Shown: positions 42,956 to 53,055, numbered from the stretch's first letter. The stretch: 64,000 nt of DNA from Candidatus Uhrbacteria bacterium (GCA_943354605.1 CALRCK010000001.1:84936-148935), one strand, 5' to 3'. Numbers and translations are program-made. The notes: generated by a model from the sequence alone, not told the origin.

Positions 42956-43663
42956 ATGTCTGCGCTCTTCAACCTTGGGCACATCGCCAAACTCCACGAA
43001 ATTCAGAAGGCTCACCTCAAGGCTGGCCTGCCCGGCATCGGCCGGGAGGTGGAGGAGCTCATCTCTCGCCTGGAAAACGGCGGCGTTGGAAAGAGCGCTG
43101 GTGACCCGCGGATCGCTCAGGCCAAGAAGCTCTGGGACCTCGGCTTCGGCCGGGAGCTCAAGATGAACTCCTTCCACGCTTACTTCGCGACCATCCCGGA
43201 GATTCCCAAAAGCCTCGTGGCGGACAATCCTGTGCTTCCGCTCCTCGTGCTCGTCGATCCGCGCCTGGGCCACACGCGCTCGTGCCGCTTGGATGGGCTG
43301 AGGTTCGCCGAATACGGCTGGGACGACACGTCCCTCGTGCCGTTCGACGACCGTCACGTCATGCCCTCCGCGCCGTACTGGGTTCGCGCCCACGACGGAA
43401 GCCCCAACCTCGGAAAGAAGCCGAGCGACTGTCGTGCTAAGTGCACCGGTAAGCTCTATGCAGGAACGGCCGACGTGGGTATCGCGATCTGGATCCAGCA
43501 CGGCAAATGCAATCACGTGATGGACCTTCCCGGTTCCGTTCACATCTCCAACCGTGAGAGCTGCGCGTGCCTCGGTGTGTGGCGCGGCGGGCTGGAGCTG
43601 GGCGCGTCCAGGCACGATGTGACGAATACGCTTTTCGGCTCCGTTGTCTTCGTCCGGGAGTGA
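42956..43663 (+). CDS. GC-rich CLec-fold, DGR-target-like protein (DUF5701-like)
   Basis: HDG..NLGK.P..C..GTADVGIA.W.QH..MDLPGS..CACL..W.G..EL...FGSV pattern. GGAGG lies 5 nt before ATG 42956. Confidence 0.6.
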   Translation: MSALFNLGHIAKLHEIQKAHLKAGLPGIGREVEELISRLENGGVGKSAGDPRIAQAKKLWDLGFGRELKMNSFHAYFATIPEIPKSLVADNPVLPLLVLVDPRLGHTRSCRLDGLRFAEYGWDDTSLVPFDDRHVMPSAPYWVRAHDGSPNLGKKPSDCRAKCTGKLYAGTADVGIAIWIQHGKCNHVMDLPGSVHISNRESCACLGVWRGGLELGASRHDVTNTLFGSVVFVRE

Positions 43664-43763
43664 CGACGCTCGGTACTTGAGCCTTGGCACTACGCGTGTC
43701 TCGACTCTCAATCACGATCCCCATCGGCGCAAGCTGGCGGGGATTCGTCGTATAGGAAGAACG

Positions 43764-44594
43764 TTATTTCTTCTGAGATTTTTTCCAAAGCCTCACGTAA
43801 TGAATATAGTTTTTCGCAATCGCGTTGACGGCTTGGACTTTGGTGAACTTCTTTTCCGCATACTTTTTGATCGGTTCAAAGAAGATGGTTCTGCCGATGG
43901 CGAATCCATCCACCACGCCGCTTTTTGCTGCGGTCACGACCCAGGAATCTACTTCTTTCATTGATGCCCCGTGTCCAAGAAGAATCATTGGCGCTTGAGC
44001 GATCGGCGCGAGTTTTTTCCAGTCTTTCATCGTTGGCAACATTTCCAGCTTCCAGACGGTTGGATGAACGCCATGTTTTTGCATGTCTTTCAGCGCGATG
44101 GTTGCGCGTTTGAGGGGAGAAGCCTTCCCGTGAATCAGCGGTTCGAGCATGAGAGGGATGCCTTCTTCGATGCAGAAATGGGAGAGCTCTTGAAGTTTTT
44201 CCATTTTTTCCTCGTTCAGTTCCTTGTCGCCAAGGTTGTAATTGACGAGGGCTTTCGCGAATGTTGGGTCTCGTTTGACTAGCGCTCGACCAAAGCCTCG
44301 GCCGTGAATAAATTGAAATGTTGCGCCACCACTTTTTTCTGTGGAAACAATGTGGGTAATGCCAAGCTTCTTTGCTTTTGCCAAAATCGCTTCACCAAAT
44401 TCCTCGTCCACAAGAATGCCGCAGTCGCCGTCGTCTTGGACGTCTTTGTACGCCTTCAAAAACCCGTCGAAGATGATGGACTTCAGTGTGAGAATTTTTT
44501 TCGCAATGGTGGGATTTGGGGGGTAGGGAACATTGAACAGCTCGTGGGTGAGCCCACTGCGGTGATCGAACGGAAGAATAAACAGGGGTTTCAT
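43764..44594 (-). CDS. DUF2090 / class-I aldolase-like TIM-barrel protein
   Basis: LFILPFDHRS, GILVDEEFG, EKSG, VWKLE and GFAIGRTIF. Confidence 0.75.
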   Translation of the reverse strand: MKPLFILPFDHRSGLTHELFNVPYPPNPTIAKKILTLKSIIFDGFLKAYKDVQDDGDCGILVDEEFGEAILAKAKKLGITHIVSTEKSGGATFQFIHGRGFGRALVKRDPTFAKALVNYNLGDKELNEEKMEKLQELSHFCIEEGIPLMLEPLIHGKASPLKRATIALKDMQKHGVHPTVWKLEMLPTMKDWKKLAPIAQAPMILLGHGASMKEVDSWVVTAAKSGVVDGFAIGRTIFFEPIKKYAEKKFTKVQAVNAIAKNYIHYVRLWKKSQKK

Positions 44595-45565
44595 AGGGTT
44601 TTGGTTGTGTATGTTGGGTGTGCCGCGAGGGCTTTCTTCAGATCCGCGAACGCTTTCAACCCAGCGGTTGGGCCAACTTGGCCAATGACCGACGCGGCGT
44701 TTGCGGAGCCAAACTTTAGCGCTTCATCGATCGGGAGGTTGTGAAGCGTTGCCCCAAGGAATCCCGACGAGAACGCGTCTCCGGCCCCGGTGGCTTCAAC
44801 GCGATCGCCGGGGAATACGGGGGCAAATACCAATGTTGTGCCATCAAAGGCGTATGCCCCGTTTGCGCCGTCGGTAAGGACGACGATTGTTGGGCCAAGG
44901 TGGTGCAATCCCGCCACAATGCCGTGAACGCTTTCTCCGTTGTGAATGTGGAGAAGTGATCGCGCTTCGTTCATGTTCGCGAAAAGGATATCGGTAGCGC
45001 GGAGAAGGTTGAAGAGCGGGGTCTTTTCTTCGGTAATCTGCACCGTGCCCGGATTGAAGCTGATCTGTGTGCCGTGGCGCTTTTTCATGGCAATCGCGTC
45101 GGCGTAGAGCTGTTCATACCCTTCGCCAAGCTCCGAAACGTGAATCCACGATGCGTGCTTGGTGGTGTCTGGCAAACGGTATTCAACATTGGCGTGATTC
45201 ACGAATTGCGTAGACTCGCCTTTGTACGTAAGCACCGTTGCTGAGCTTGATCGAACTCCGGGCTTTGCAACGACGTGTATCGAGCTCACCTTATGGCGCT
45301 TGAGGAACGATTTTGCATGGACATGAACGTCGTCGTCGCCCATAACGCTGATAACGCCAGTTTTCTTTTGAAATTTTGCGACGCCAACCGCAACGTTTGG
45401 TGCGCTTCCGGCAATTTGCGACGTCATGGCGGTAACGGGAATCTTTTTCCCGTACGCAATACACATTTTACAGTCCGGCATGTGGAGTGCACACATCACG
45501 CTCGCATCGGGCACCAAAATAAAGGTGTCCAACTTAATATCGCCAACGGTGAGCAAATCGAGCAT
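44591..45565 (-). CDS. PfkB-family carbohydrate kinase
   Basis: AGSAPNVAVG, FNPG and EATGAGDAFSSG. A -10 box TATACT lies just before ATG 45565. Confidence 0.9.
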   Translation of the reverse strand: MLDLLTVGDIKLDTFILVPDASVMCALHMPDCKMCIAYGKKIPVTAMTSQIAGSAPNVAVGVAKFQKKTGVISVMGDDDVHVHAKSFLKRHKVSSIHVVAKPGVRSSSATVLTYKGESTQFVNHANVEYRLPDTTKHASWIHVSELGEGYEQLYADAIAMKKRHGTQISFNPGTVQITEEKTPLFNLLRATDILFANMNEARSLLHIHNGESVHGIVAGLHHLGPTIVVLTDGANGAYAFDGTTLVFAPVFPGDRVEATGAGDAFSSGFLGATLHNLPIDEALKFGSANAASVIGQVGPTAGLKAFADLKKALAAHPTYTTKTL

Positions 45566-45648
45566 ACGCCCAAAGTATACCGCGTTGCAGCGAAATCGTG
45601 AGCGGATGATTGATGCGGTCATCCACGCGTATGCGGGGATCCAGACTT

Positions 45649-45789
45649 CATCACTCGCTGGTGGCTCGGGTACATTCTTCTGCACTCCGCGCGAATCCCC
45701 TACGCTGCAACGTCTCACTGGCGTTCGACTGCAGCTGTGGGGCGCGTGCTCGTTGGAAGAATGTATCCTCGCCACTGGCGCTCGCGATG
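45649..45789. other. ~140-nt intergenic rod-like hairpin, with an adjacent REP-like GTCATCCACGCGTATGCGGGGATCCAG at 45618-45644
   Basis: Nested stems GTGGC/GCCAC, TACATTCTTC/GAAGAATGTA, CCCC/GGGG and GCTGCA/TGCAGC. Confidence 0.6.
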
Positions 45790-45845
45790 TCCTCGGTGCC
45801 ACCCGTTGAATCACTCACAACGTTCGGTCGGTTCGATGTCGCAAT

Positions 45846-46433
45846 TTACAGTCCGCGATACACGTACCACGGTACGAGTTTTTCGCCGTTGATCGTCTGG
45901 ATTGGTTCAATGTTTGGCAATGGCCAGGCTTCGATGGCGACGAGGGCATGGGGCTTCAGCTCGCGTTTCAGCGTCGCGATGAACTTTGGGTATGCCTTTT
46001 GCATGAGGAATGCCACCACAACGTCGGCATCAGAAAAGTGCTTTGTGAAAAAGTTTCCAAATCGGAGCGAAACATTTTTGTATCGTACGGGATGCCGAAG
46101 CTTTATCATCGCGCCGATGAACAACGGGAGGAGCGAGACGTCGTAGCCAATGCATTTGGCATTCGGATAGCGACTGGCGAATTCGAAGAGAATCGACCCA
46201 GAGCCGCAGCCGAGATCGTAAAGGGTCACCGATTTCTTCCCCTCCTTTCGAAGGCGCTCGACGAGCCTGTCGTTGGGCGAGGAGAGTGAGGGGTTGGGGG
46301 GAGGTATGACGAGATTATCAACCAGCAACTTCCGTTGCGCCGACAAGGTTGGCACCCACGGAGCCGCAAGAAGCGAGCCCCAGGCCATGGTGCCCACAAT
46401 GACGAGAAGAAAGAACAGGAGAAGGGGTGGCAT
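45846..46433 (-). CDS. Class I SAM-dependent methyltransferase with N-terminal TM (FAM173-like)
   Basis: APWVPT, YDLGCGSG, ADVVVAFL and ELKP. Confidence 0.8.
   Translation of the reverse strand: MPPLLLFFLLVIVGTMAWGSLLAAPWVPTLSAQRKLLVDNLVIPPPNPSLSSPNDRLVERLRKEGKKSVTLYDLGCGSGSILFEFASRYPNAKCIGYDVSLLPLFIGAMIKLRHPVRYKNVSLRFGNFFTKHFSDADVVVAFLMQKAYPKFIATLKRELKPHALVAIEAWPLPNIEPIQTINGEKLVPWYVYRGL
46236..46305. repeat. Palindromic element inserted in frame in the methyltransferase gene
   Basis: CCCCTCCTTTCGAAGG..[CGCTCGACGA/TCGTTGGGCG hairpin]..GAGGGGTTGGGGGGAGGT. It encodes PPPNPSLSSPNDRLVERLRKEGK just before motif I. Confidence 0.6.
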
Positions 46434-46438
46434 CGCGC

Positions 46439-47146
46439 TTATCGGGGTCCAAGCATCGCGAGCAATTCTTTCTCTTCGCCTGTCGTAAGGTGGCGCCACT
46501 TTCCTTGGGGGAGTCCGCCGAGTTCAACATTCATGACGCGGATGCGTTCGAGCTTTTTGACGTTGACGTGCATTGCCTCACACATGCGGCGAATTTGGCG
46601 ATTCTTGCCTTCAACAAGGGTAATCGCAAAGCTCATATCGCCGAGTTTCTCCACTTTTGCCGGGAATGTTTTTCGTCCCATGATTTCGATTCCGGTAGAC
46701 ATTTGGCGCACAAAGTCGTCGGTGACAGCGCGGTCGATGGTGACGACGTACTCTTTTTCATGCTTGCCCTCAGCGCGAAGAATTTTGTTCACAATATCGC
46801 CGTCGTTCGTGAGCAAAATCAGGCCAGACGACGCCACGTCCAAGCGGCCAATGTGAAAAATACGCTCAGGATACGCCACAGCCTCGATAATATTGTCCTT
46901 TGCCTTGGGATCCGACGTACAGATGACGCCGACGGGTTTGTGATACGCGAGATACACCCGTTTTTGGCTTGGCTGTGCCACACGCTTACCGTTCACCGTG
47001 ATGGATTCGGCTCCGGTGACCTTCATTCCGAGCTCGGCTTTCTTGCCATCGACGACGATTTTCCCAGCCACCATGAGCCGATCTGCTTCCCGACGGGAGC
47101 ACACCCCAGCATCAACTAAGTACTTATTCAGGCGGATTGGTTCCAT
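46439..47146 (-). CDS. rRNA pseudouridine synthase (RsuA/RluB/RluF family)
   Basis: S4 domain RLNKYL..AGVCSRREAD, HKPVG, GRLD..SSGLILLTNDG and EGKNRQIRRM. Confidence 0.92.
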   Translation of the reverse strand: MEPIRLNKYLVDAGVCSRREADRLMVAGKIVVDGKKAELGMKVTGAESITVNGKRVAQPSQKRVYLAYHKPVGVICTSDPKAKDNIIEAVAYPERIFHIGRLDVASSGLILLTNDGDIVNKILRAEGKHEKEYVVTIDRAVTDDFVRQMSTGIEIMGRKTFPAKVEKLGDMSFAITLVEGKNRQIRRMCEAMHVNVKKLERIRVMNVELGGLPQGKWRHLTTGEEKELLAMLGPR

Positions 47147-47216
47147 AGATGGGCTGACTATAGCGAGTTTTTTCATTTTTGGCTACGATGTCTTTGCCTC
47201 GAACCATGGAGCAAAC

Positions 47217-47444
47217 GTGAACCGTATCCAGAACCTCATTTCCGCACTGCAGAGCATTATCGACAACACCGACAACCACTACCAGGAGCAGGCGCAGACT
47301 CGGCGCCTCGTGGAAGATGCTCTATTCGCAATCGGGGTGCCCGATACCCCTGAAAAACAGGAGCTGATGAAGGCAATCAATTTGGGGCAGCCCTCGAAGG
47401 CGATCGGGATTCTCCAGCGGATGTCTGCAGAGCACGCGGCCTAG
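47217..47444 (+). CDS. Small SD-led hypothetical protein (75 aa, GTG start)
   Basis: GGAG-CAAAC-GTG start. Followed by the hairpin AACGGCGACC-GCAA-GGTCGCCGTT. Confidence 0.55.
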   Translation: MNRIQNLISALQSIIDNTDNHYQEQAQTRRLVEDALFAIGVPDTPEKQELMKAINLGQPSKAIGILQRMSAEHAA

Positions 47445-47488
47445 GGCCACGGAACGAAACGGCGACCGCAAGGTCGCCGTTGATGTGT

Positions 47489-49957
47489 TTAAGAAAGAAG
47501 TGTAAAGAGCTCTTTCGTTTCCGCAACAATCGCGTCGGCAACGGACATGCCCCAAGGATTTTCCAAAAACCGTCGCGCAACGCGTTTCGCCATGAGTGAT
47601 GTCGTGAGTGACACTCCGTCAACCGTTTCGTCCATGAGTAATGCAACATCGCCGCCTTTTAAAATTTCTGCATCAACCAAAGCAGGAATTGATCGCCATT
47701 GCTCAACGCGATTACAGATTTTGTCCCATAATTTTGGATATTCATCGTTAATCTTTTTTCGTGTGGCAAAGGTCTTGATGGTGTTTATACGCCAATCAAT
47801 ATCGGCGTTCAATGCGCTTGTGCTCATCGTACGATGATCGAGATGATAGCGTGGTCCATGAGCATCGCAACCATTATTCTGAATTTCTCTGACGAATTTT
47901 TGTGCATCAGCGCTTTTTTGCGGAAGTGTAGTACATATCGCCGCATACGCATCAAGTTCCTCAAATCGTTCTCGAAATATTGCGCAAACTTCCGGAGTAA
48001 ATGCCGCATGAGCTCGGGCCCTTTCTGCTTCAATATCGAGGGCGCGTTGTTTTGCTGTTCGTTGGTGTTCTCGTTCAGCAATATGCTGGGCATCGATGGC
48101 GCTAGTGAGCTCTTCGAGCGATGGGATGGGGAGCAGGTGGAGGGTGAGTGGATCTTGAGCTGGTAAAGTGTCAACGGCGGCAGAGTACGAAGGAACGATA
48201 TTTTGTGATGAGTGAACAAAAGTATACGGAACATATGTTTGGCGTGGCGCGGTACTCGAGAGATCCCATCCACGACCAATAGGAGGAGACGTTGTGCGTC
48301 CAGAAAGGCCGGTAACACCGTCCCATTCTTGGGAAAGTGCTGTGAGAAGCGCATGCACCGCGGTGCGCTGTGCAGGAGTAACGCCATCAACAGGAAGTTT
48401 TGCAACGGTGAATACGTGAGGTGCGGCAGCGGTATTTTTACGCCATGCGAGCGCAAGCTCATCGCGGTTGACCAATGGCCAGAAAGTTGGGGTGGATCCT
48501 TTGCACAACGTGCCGTCTGCGGTAATCACCCAACCGCGAACATGCTTAGAGTCGTCCGGATTTCCGGGAGAAAAATTGTGTAATGTCTCCCCGCGAGCTT
48601 CTTCTGCGGCAAAAATTTCCGCTTCAGGTTGCGCGATGCGTACATCGGAAAGAATGGCGGTTGCCCAGGAATTCCAAGAATCAAGAGCGGTTTTATCTGC
48701 GGAATCCGCATCAAAACGAGAATGCCACCAGTCAGGACCTTTCCCATCGGCAATTGCCCGAATGCGTTGCTGTAGGCTTGGATCCATGCATCGGAAAAAG
48801 GGGGCTCTGCGCACCTGGAATGCCTCAGCAAACAAGACGCGGTACGTTTCCATGGAGCCTTCACGTTCCACGGCAACACGATGACGTTCAACTTCTGCGG
48901 CATTTGCGCGATGAATATCGCGAAGCTTCACCTTGGCTTCTGCATCGGCACGAGCATGGAATAGAGATTCTGCGAGTCGTTCTGCGGTGGATTGTGCTTC
49001 AGCGCGGAGTGCCGCTTTCCCGCGCGGGCTTGTGAAAACAATTGTGCGCATGGCAAGAAGTTCTCGAAACGTTAATACACACGGCCCTTCCGGTGCAGCG
49101 TGAAAATATTCTTTAATTGCTGGCCAGGATGCGCGCGCGATAGTCATGAGTTGCTTGCCATCAATAAGAATATCGACCACCGGATCGCCTCCCTCGATGC
49201 GTGTGCTTCGGGTGTCGTTAGATTCTACTTCGTACGTTGGAGTGATCCAATGTTTCGTCGTGAGGATTCCGCTAAAAATGTGATCTGGAGCGATGTGATG
49301 TTCGGATGCAAATTCCGCGGTTCCGGTATCAAGATAGCGTTTAGCCCATAGCGCACAAGCACGATCAATATCGGGAAGGTTTTCGTTGGCAATAGCGTTG
49401 TGATCTGATGTATTGTCAGGAATAGGAATGGTTTCTTCCGCGAGAAGGATGTGAGGTTCACTTACGGCGGTGTCGTTCCGAGACAGCGTGCCTGTGTAAC
49501 GAAGGATCACGGAAATGTCATATGAATCATCGACGATTCGTGTTGTTTGCTCCAGATCAGGAACAGAAAATTCAAGCGTGCGAAGACGTTCTTGTAGAGT
49601 AAATCGAGACCACGTTGGCTGCCAATGTTGCGCAATATTTCGAGCAAGCGTTTCTTTGGTTCCAAGCTCTGGGAGCGGAAGAAGAAGGGTTCGGGGCTGA
49701 GAAGGGCGATGTTCGTATATTCCTGCAGCGCCGTTGACGATGGCGAAAAATGGATACCAGGGGCACGCGCCATGCCAACGACGATCGTACGAAGAAGGAG
49801 AAACATCAAAATTCCCATTCACGAAGCGTTTGAGCATCTTCGGATCCTGTATCGCACGGCGAATCGATAACTCCCATTCGGTTTGAACTTCTTCACGATC
49901 ATACGCTTCAGATCGGGAAGGATTATTCAGTGTGCCAGTACGCTTTTTATCGAACAT
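47489..49957 (-). CDS. Large hypothetical protein (822 aa)
   Basis: Uninterrupted long ORF with no recognised domain. Confidence 0.75.
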   Translation of the reverse strand: MFDKKRTGTLNNPSRSEAYDREEVQTEWELSIRRAIQDPKMLKRFVNGNFDVSPSSYDRRWHGACPWYPFFAIVNGAAGIYEHRPSQPRTLLLPLPELGTKETLARNIAQHWQPTWSRFTLQERLRTLEFSVPDLEQTTRIVDDSYDISVILRYTGTLSRNDTAVSEPHILLAEETIPIPDNTSDHNAIANENLPDIDRACALWAKRYLDTGTAEFASEHHIAPDHIFSGILTTKHWITPTYEVESNDTRSTRIEGGDPVVDILIDGKQLMTIARASWPAIKEYFHAAPEGPCVLTFRELLAMRTIVFTSPRGKAALRAEAQSTAERLAESLFHARADAEAKVKLRDIHRANAAEVERHRVAVEREGSMETYRVLFAEAFQVRRAPFFRCMDPSLQQRIRAIADGKGPDWWHSRFDADSADKTALDSWNSWATAILSDVRIAQPEAEIFAAEEARGETLHNFSPGNPDDSKHVRGWVITADGTLCKGSTPTFWPLVNRDELALAWRKNTAAAPHVFTVAKLPVDGVTPAQRTAVHALLTALSQEWDGVTGLSGRTTSPPIGRGWDLSSTAPRQTYVPYTFVHSSQNIVPSYSAAVDTLPAQDPLTLHLLPIPSLEELTSAIDAQHIAEREHQRTAKQRALDIEAERARAHAAFTPEVCAIFRERFEELDAYAAICTTLPQKSADAQKFVREIQNNGCDAHGPRYHLDHRTMSTSALNADIDWRINTIKTFATRKKINDEYPKLWDKICNRVEQWRSIPALVDAEILKGGDVALLMDETVDGVSLTTSLMAKRVARRFLENPWGMSVADAIVAETKELFTLLS

Positions 49958-50244
49958 AAAAAACGAAAAAGAATTACAAGTATTTTATCATGCGCAATAG
50001 GTGGAAGGCGGTAAACACAAACACCCCACCAAATAGGCAGGGTGTTTGAGAAATGCATCGGGAGAGAGATCCGAAACGTTTCCTTTGAGGACGTGTCGAA
50101 TTGCTTCAACATGTCCTTCAAGGAGAGAGAACTCTACGGCGCTGTGCATGGCCGGAATTCTCTCACGTTGAGTGCATCGGAACTTGTGGTTTCTTTCACC
50201 CACCAGCGCGTCCGGTTTTGGCGCTTCCCGTTTTAAAAAGAGGG

Positions 50245-51342
50245 TTACTTTTTGGTGACTTTTGCTGCGCCGCCAAACAGGCCGGAAAGGTCGAGCTTCT
50301 TTGCCTCGACCGGCCGTTCCTGTTTTTCCACGTACGCCTGCAACTCTTGCAGACCCGTGGCAGTGGCGGGGAACGCAGTCTTCCAGCATCCATCAACGAC
50401 GAGCCGCACGCCGCTGTAATCGAGATCGGTTTTTACGCCGAGCGCGACGAGACGAGCAACGAACGGAGGGGCGACGGTTTGGAACAGATTCCGCATGGAC
50501 TCCTGCTCCTTCTCGGCCGCCTTCTTCGCGACAAGCGCCTTGAGTTTCGCGATCCCATCGGCGTCGAAGCTGAAGTATTCGTCGTAGAACCCACGACGTG
50601 CAACAAAGCACGTTTCTCCCAAATGGTGCTCCACACCGAGCGCGATAAGCTGAGAGACTAGGGTCGGAAGCTCGGCGAGGAACGCGACTTTCTGCCTTTC
50701 GGCTTCTTCTGCATCTCGCCGAACCTTGTTCGGGTAGTCCACCGCTGCGAGTCGCTCAATCTCCGCCGCCTTCTTTGCCTCGATGAGGCTGGCATTGGAG
50801 GTGTTAGGCGCCGCACCGGTGAGCCACACCTCGAACTCCTCCGTGGGCATCTCAACAATGCCGCGCCACGAGAAGATTTCGACAAGGCCGGTGCTGCACC
50901 GTCGTCCCGTTTCGGCATAGACGAATCCATTCGGGTGGGTGAGGCGAACGACAAGATGCGCCGTGGGGCAACAGTGTATGTTGCTCTCCTCTCGGACGAG
51001 GATCTCGGCACCGACGCCGATGATTCGGCTGTACCCACCGCGGAACCCACCGCGGAGCGTGAGGAGAAGGATCTGCTCATCTTCGTGGAGCGCGCAAGGC
51101 GTCACGAGGAGCGTTCCCTTCTCCTTGCTCTTGGTGAGTTTGCTCGGATTCGGATCGAACCCGAGGAAGGTGGCGGTGACGGGGAGCTGGAAGTCGGGCT
51201 GATACTCCCAGCGTGCGGCCAGAAAGCCGCGATGACGAGCTCCCTCGCCGCGGAAGGCGGGGAAGGGTTCCTTCGTCCAGCCCCACGGCGTGGGGCGGAA
51301 CGAGTTGGTTTTTTCCCGGGAGTAAAGGTTTTTTAAGGACAA
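50245..51342 (-). CDS. GC-rich hypothetical protein (TTG start)
   Basis: AGGAG lies 5 nt before the TTG. Beta-rich N-terminal half with GFRGGY, HCCP and ETGRRCS, and a helical C-terminal half. Confidence 0.7.
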   Translation of the reverse strand: MSLKNLYSREKTNSFRPTPWGWTKEPFPAFRGEGARHRGFLAARWEYQPDFQLPVTATFLGFDPNPSKLTKSKEKGTLLVTPCALHEDEQILLLTLRGGFRGGYSRIIGVGAEILVREESNIHCCPTAHLVVRLTHPNGFVYAETGRRCSTGLVEIFSWRGIVEMPTEEFEVWLTGAAPNTSNASLIEAKKAAEIERLAAVDYPNKVRRDAEEAERQKVAFLAELPTLVSQLIALGVEHHLGETCFVARRGFYDEYFSFDADGIAKLKALVAKKAAEKEQESMRNLFQTVAPPFVARLVALGVKTDLDYSGVRLVVDGCWKTAFPATATGLQELQAYVEKQERPVEAKKLDLSGLFGGAAKVTKK

Positions 51343-51540
51343 GGCTGCTCCTGATGTTGAATTTCGAGGAACGGATTCCCTCGATTGGCTTCTTAAATCT
51401 CTTCCAACAAGCGAAAGATATTTCAGAAGCCGATCGAGGAGCTCTTCAACGCGCAGTGCGTGGCGAAGAAGAGCTCAGACTCGAGTGCTTTTCCCAGATC
51501 TCGATCCCGCTGGTACGGGGGTGTGACGAACCGTCGGGCG

Positions 51541-52461
51541 CTAGCCGACGAGCGCGAGCTTCGCCATGCGGTACACGCCCGCGAGCGTTGCCGCACCGGC
51601 GATCCACCTGCCGGGGTGGCAGAAGATCGCGCCCTCCACCCCCGTGAGGGTGGCGAGATCAGCGCCGCGGACGCCGGCCCAGCTGGCCGGAAGGGCGAGA
51701 CGCTGGGCGAAGCTCCCGCGCTTGGGCGGGACGCTGCGGATGTACCAGTACGAGCCGTCCTCGCTGGGGTAGACGACGAACTTCGCCGCCTTCGACGCGC
51801 TGGCCTCGTCCGCCCAGTCGAAGTTGAAGGTCTCGAACTGGACGACCTTCTTGCCCTTCGCGTTGGCCAGCGCCACCTTCACCTCGCGCCGGGCCGTGAT
51901 GATCGCGGCGGCGTTCCGAACGGCGTCCCGGATGATGCCCTCGGCAACCTCGACGGCGCGCCCGAAGGCGGCGTTGTAGTCACGGTCGGCATCGTTCCAC
52001 GCGGGGTTCATCGCCCCGAGGATGTGGCTGACGGTGTACGGGGCGGCGCCCTCGAACCCGCGCTTCTTGCCGGTGATCCGCTGGCCGTTGTCGGTCGCGT
52101 CCACGGGGATCACGAGCGTCCGATCGACCTCAGCGGCCACCTCGATGTCCCCGTTGCAGATCTGCGCACCGTAGTGCTTCCAGATGAGCCCGAACGCGGA
52201 GAGGAAGATGGGGGAATCGGTGCGGGTGCCGGCGCGGCCGGACTGGTGGTGGTCGAAGCGGCCGTTCAGCGGGTTGTAGACCGCGCCGACGTCCACGACG
52301 ATGTCGCAGGAGGCGAGGATCGCGGGGTCGCGGGTGCGGATGACATCGCAGTTCGCGATCAGCCGCAGAGCGGCGACCGCGAGGACATCGTCTGCGTGGA
52401 ACTCTCCGTTGTGGGTGGCAAGAGTGATGGAGGAGGAGAGGACGAGGGCAGGGATGGACAT
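51541..52461 (-). CDS. MYG1 (UPF0160) family DHH-like exonuclease
   Basis: THNGEFHADDV, IRTRDP, VVDVG..Y....RFDHHQ, SAFGLIWKHYG, LPASWAG and AIFCH.G..IAGA.T. Confidence 0.92.
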   Translation of the reverse strand: MSIPALVLSSSITLATHNGEFHADDVLAVAALRLIANCDVIRTRDPAILASCDIVVDVGAVYNPLNGRFDHHQSGRAGTRTDSPIFLSAFGLIWKHYGAQICNGDIEVAAEVDRTLVIPVDATDNGQRITGKKRGFEGAAPYTVSHILGAMNPAWNDADRDYNAAFGRAVEVAEGIIRDAVRNAAAIITARREVKVALANAKGKKVVQFETFNFDWADEASASKAAKFVVYPSEDGSYWYIRSVPPKRGSFAQRLALPASWAGVRGADLATLTGVEGAIFCHPGRWIAGAATLAGVYRMAKLALVG

Positions 52462-52707
52462 GAGAGCTCCTGTCTTTCGACAAGTGAGTAACGTGACGGT
52501 TGTTGTCTCGCCGGGGTTCCGGTTCGATCAACGTGCGTCAGGTTCCTCGACGCATTGCTCAAGTGTTAAGCAATATGTCGAAGATCCCACCGCTGCTTGT
52601 GCAGGGCTGCGGTGGGTTTCGAGTGCATGCCGGATTGAACTCCGGCGGGTCAGTACGTTTTTCGGAAGGTTGTACTAGCCTTCGTAGTGGTGTCGGCGCC
52701 GAGGCTT

Positions 52708-53055
52708 CTAGCCCTCGGACACCGTCCAGAGGCCGAACCGGAACTTCGCCCCGTCGATCTCGGCCTGCGTGTACTCGTGGCGCCCCTCGAGCCGGGGCAG
52801 GCCGACGACACCCATGACCAGCAACGAGTCGCCGGGCTTCAGGTTGATCGAGGCCGCCTTCGTGGGGATCTCGCAGAAGATGCCGAACCGGTTGTTCATC
52901 GCGGCGATCGTCAGCGAGTGCGACGGGTTCAGGCACAGGGCACAGTCACCCTCGATGACTGCCTTGGCCTCCGCGGGCGTGAGCTCGCGGCGGGAGACGT
53001 TGGCGGTGGCAGGGAACATGTTGTCAGCGAGGCCGAAGCCGAAGTACGTGGTCAT
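52708..53055 (-). CDS. DUF1874 / STIV B116 / AcrIII-1-like putative ring nuclease
   Basis: 115 aa with the family's size and motif order: YFGFGLADNM, H-x-x-T (NPSHSLT), INLKPGDSLLV, PRLEG...T..EI and FRFGLWTV. Recalled from memory, not aligned. Confidence 0.6.
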   Translation of the reverse strand: MTTYFGFGLADNMFPATANVSRRELTPAEAKAVIEGDCALCLNPSHSLTIAAMNNRFGIFCEIPTKAASINLKPGDSLLVMGVVGLPRLEGRHEYTQAEIDGAKFRFGLWTVSEG

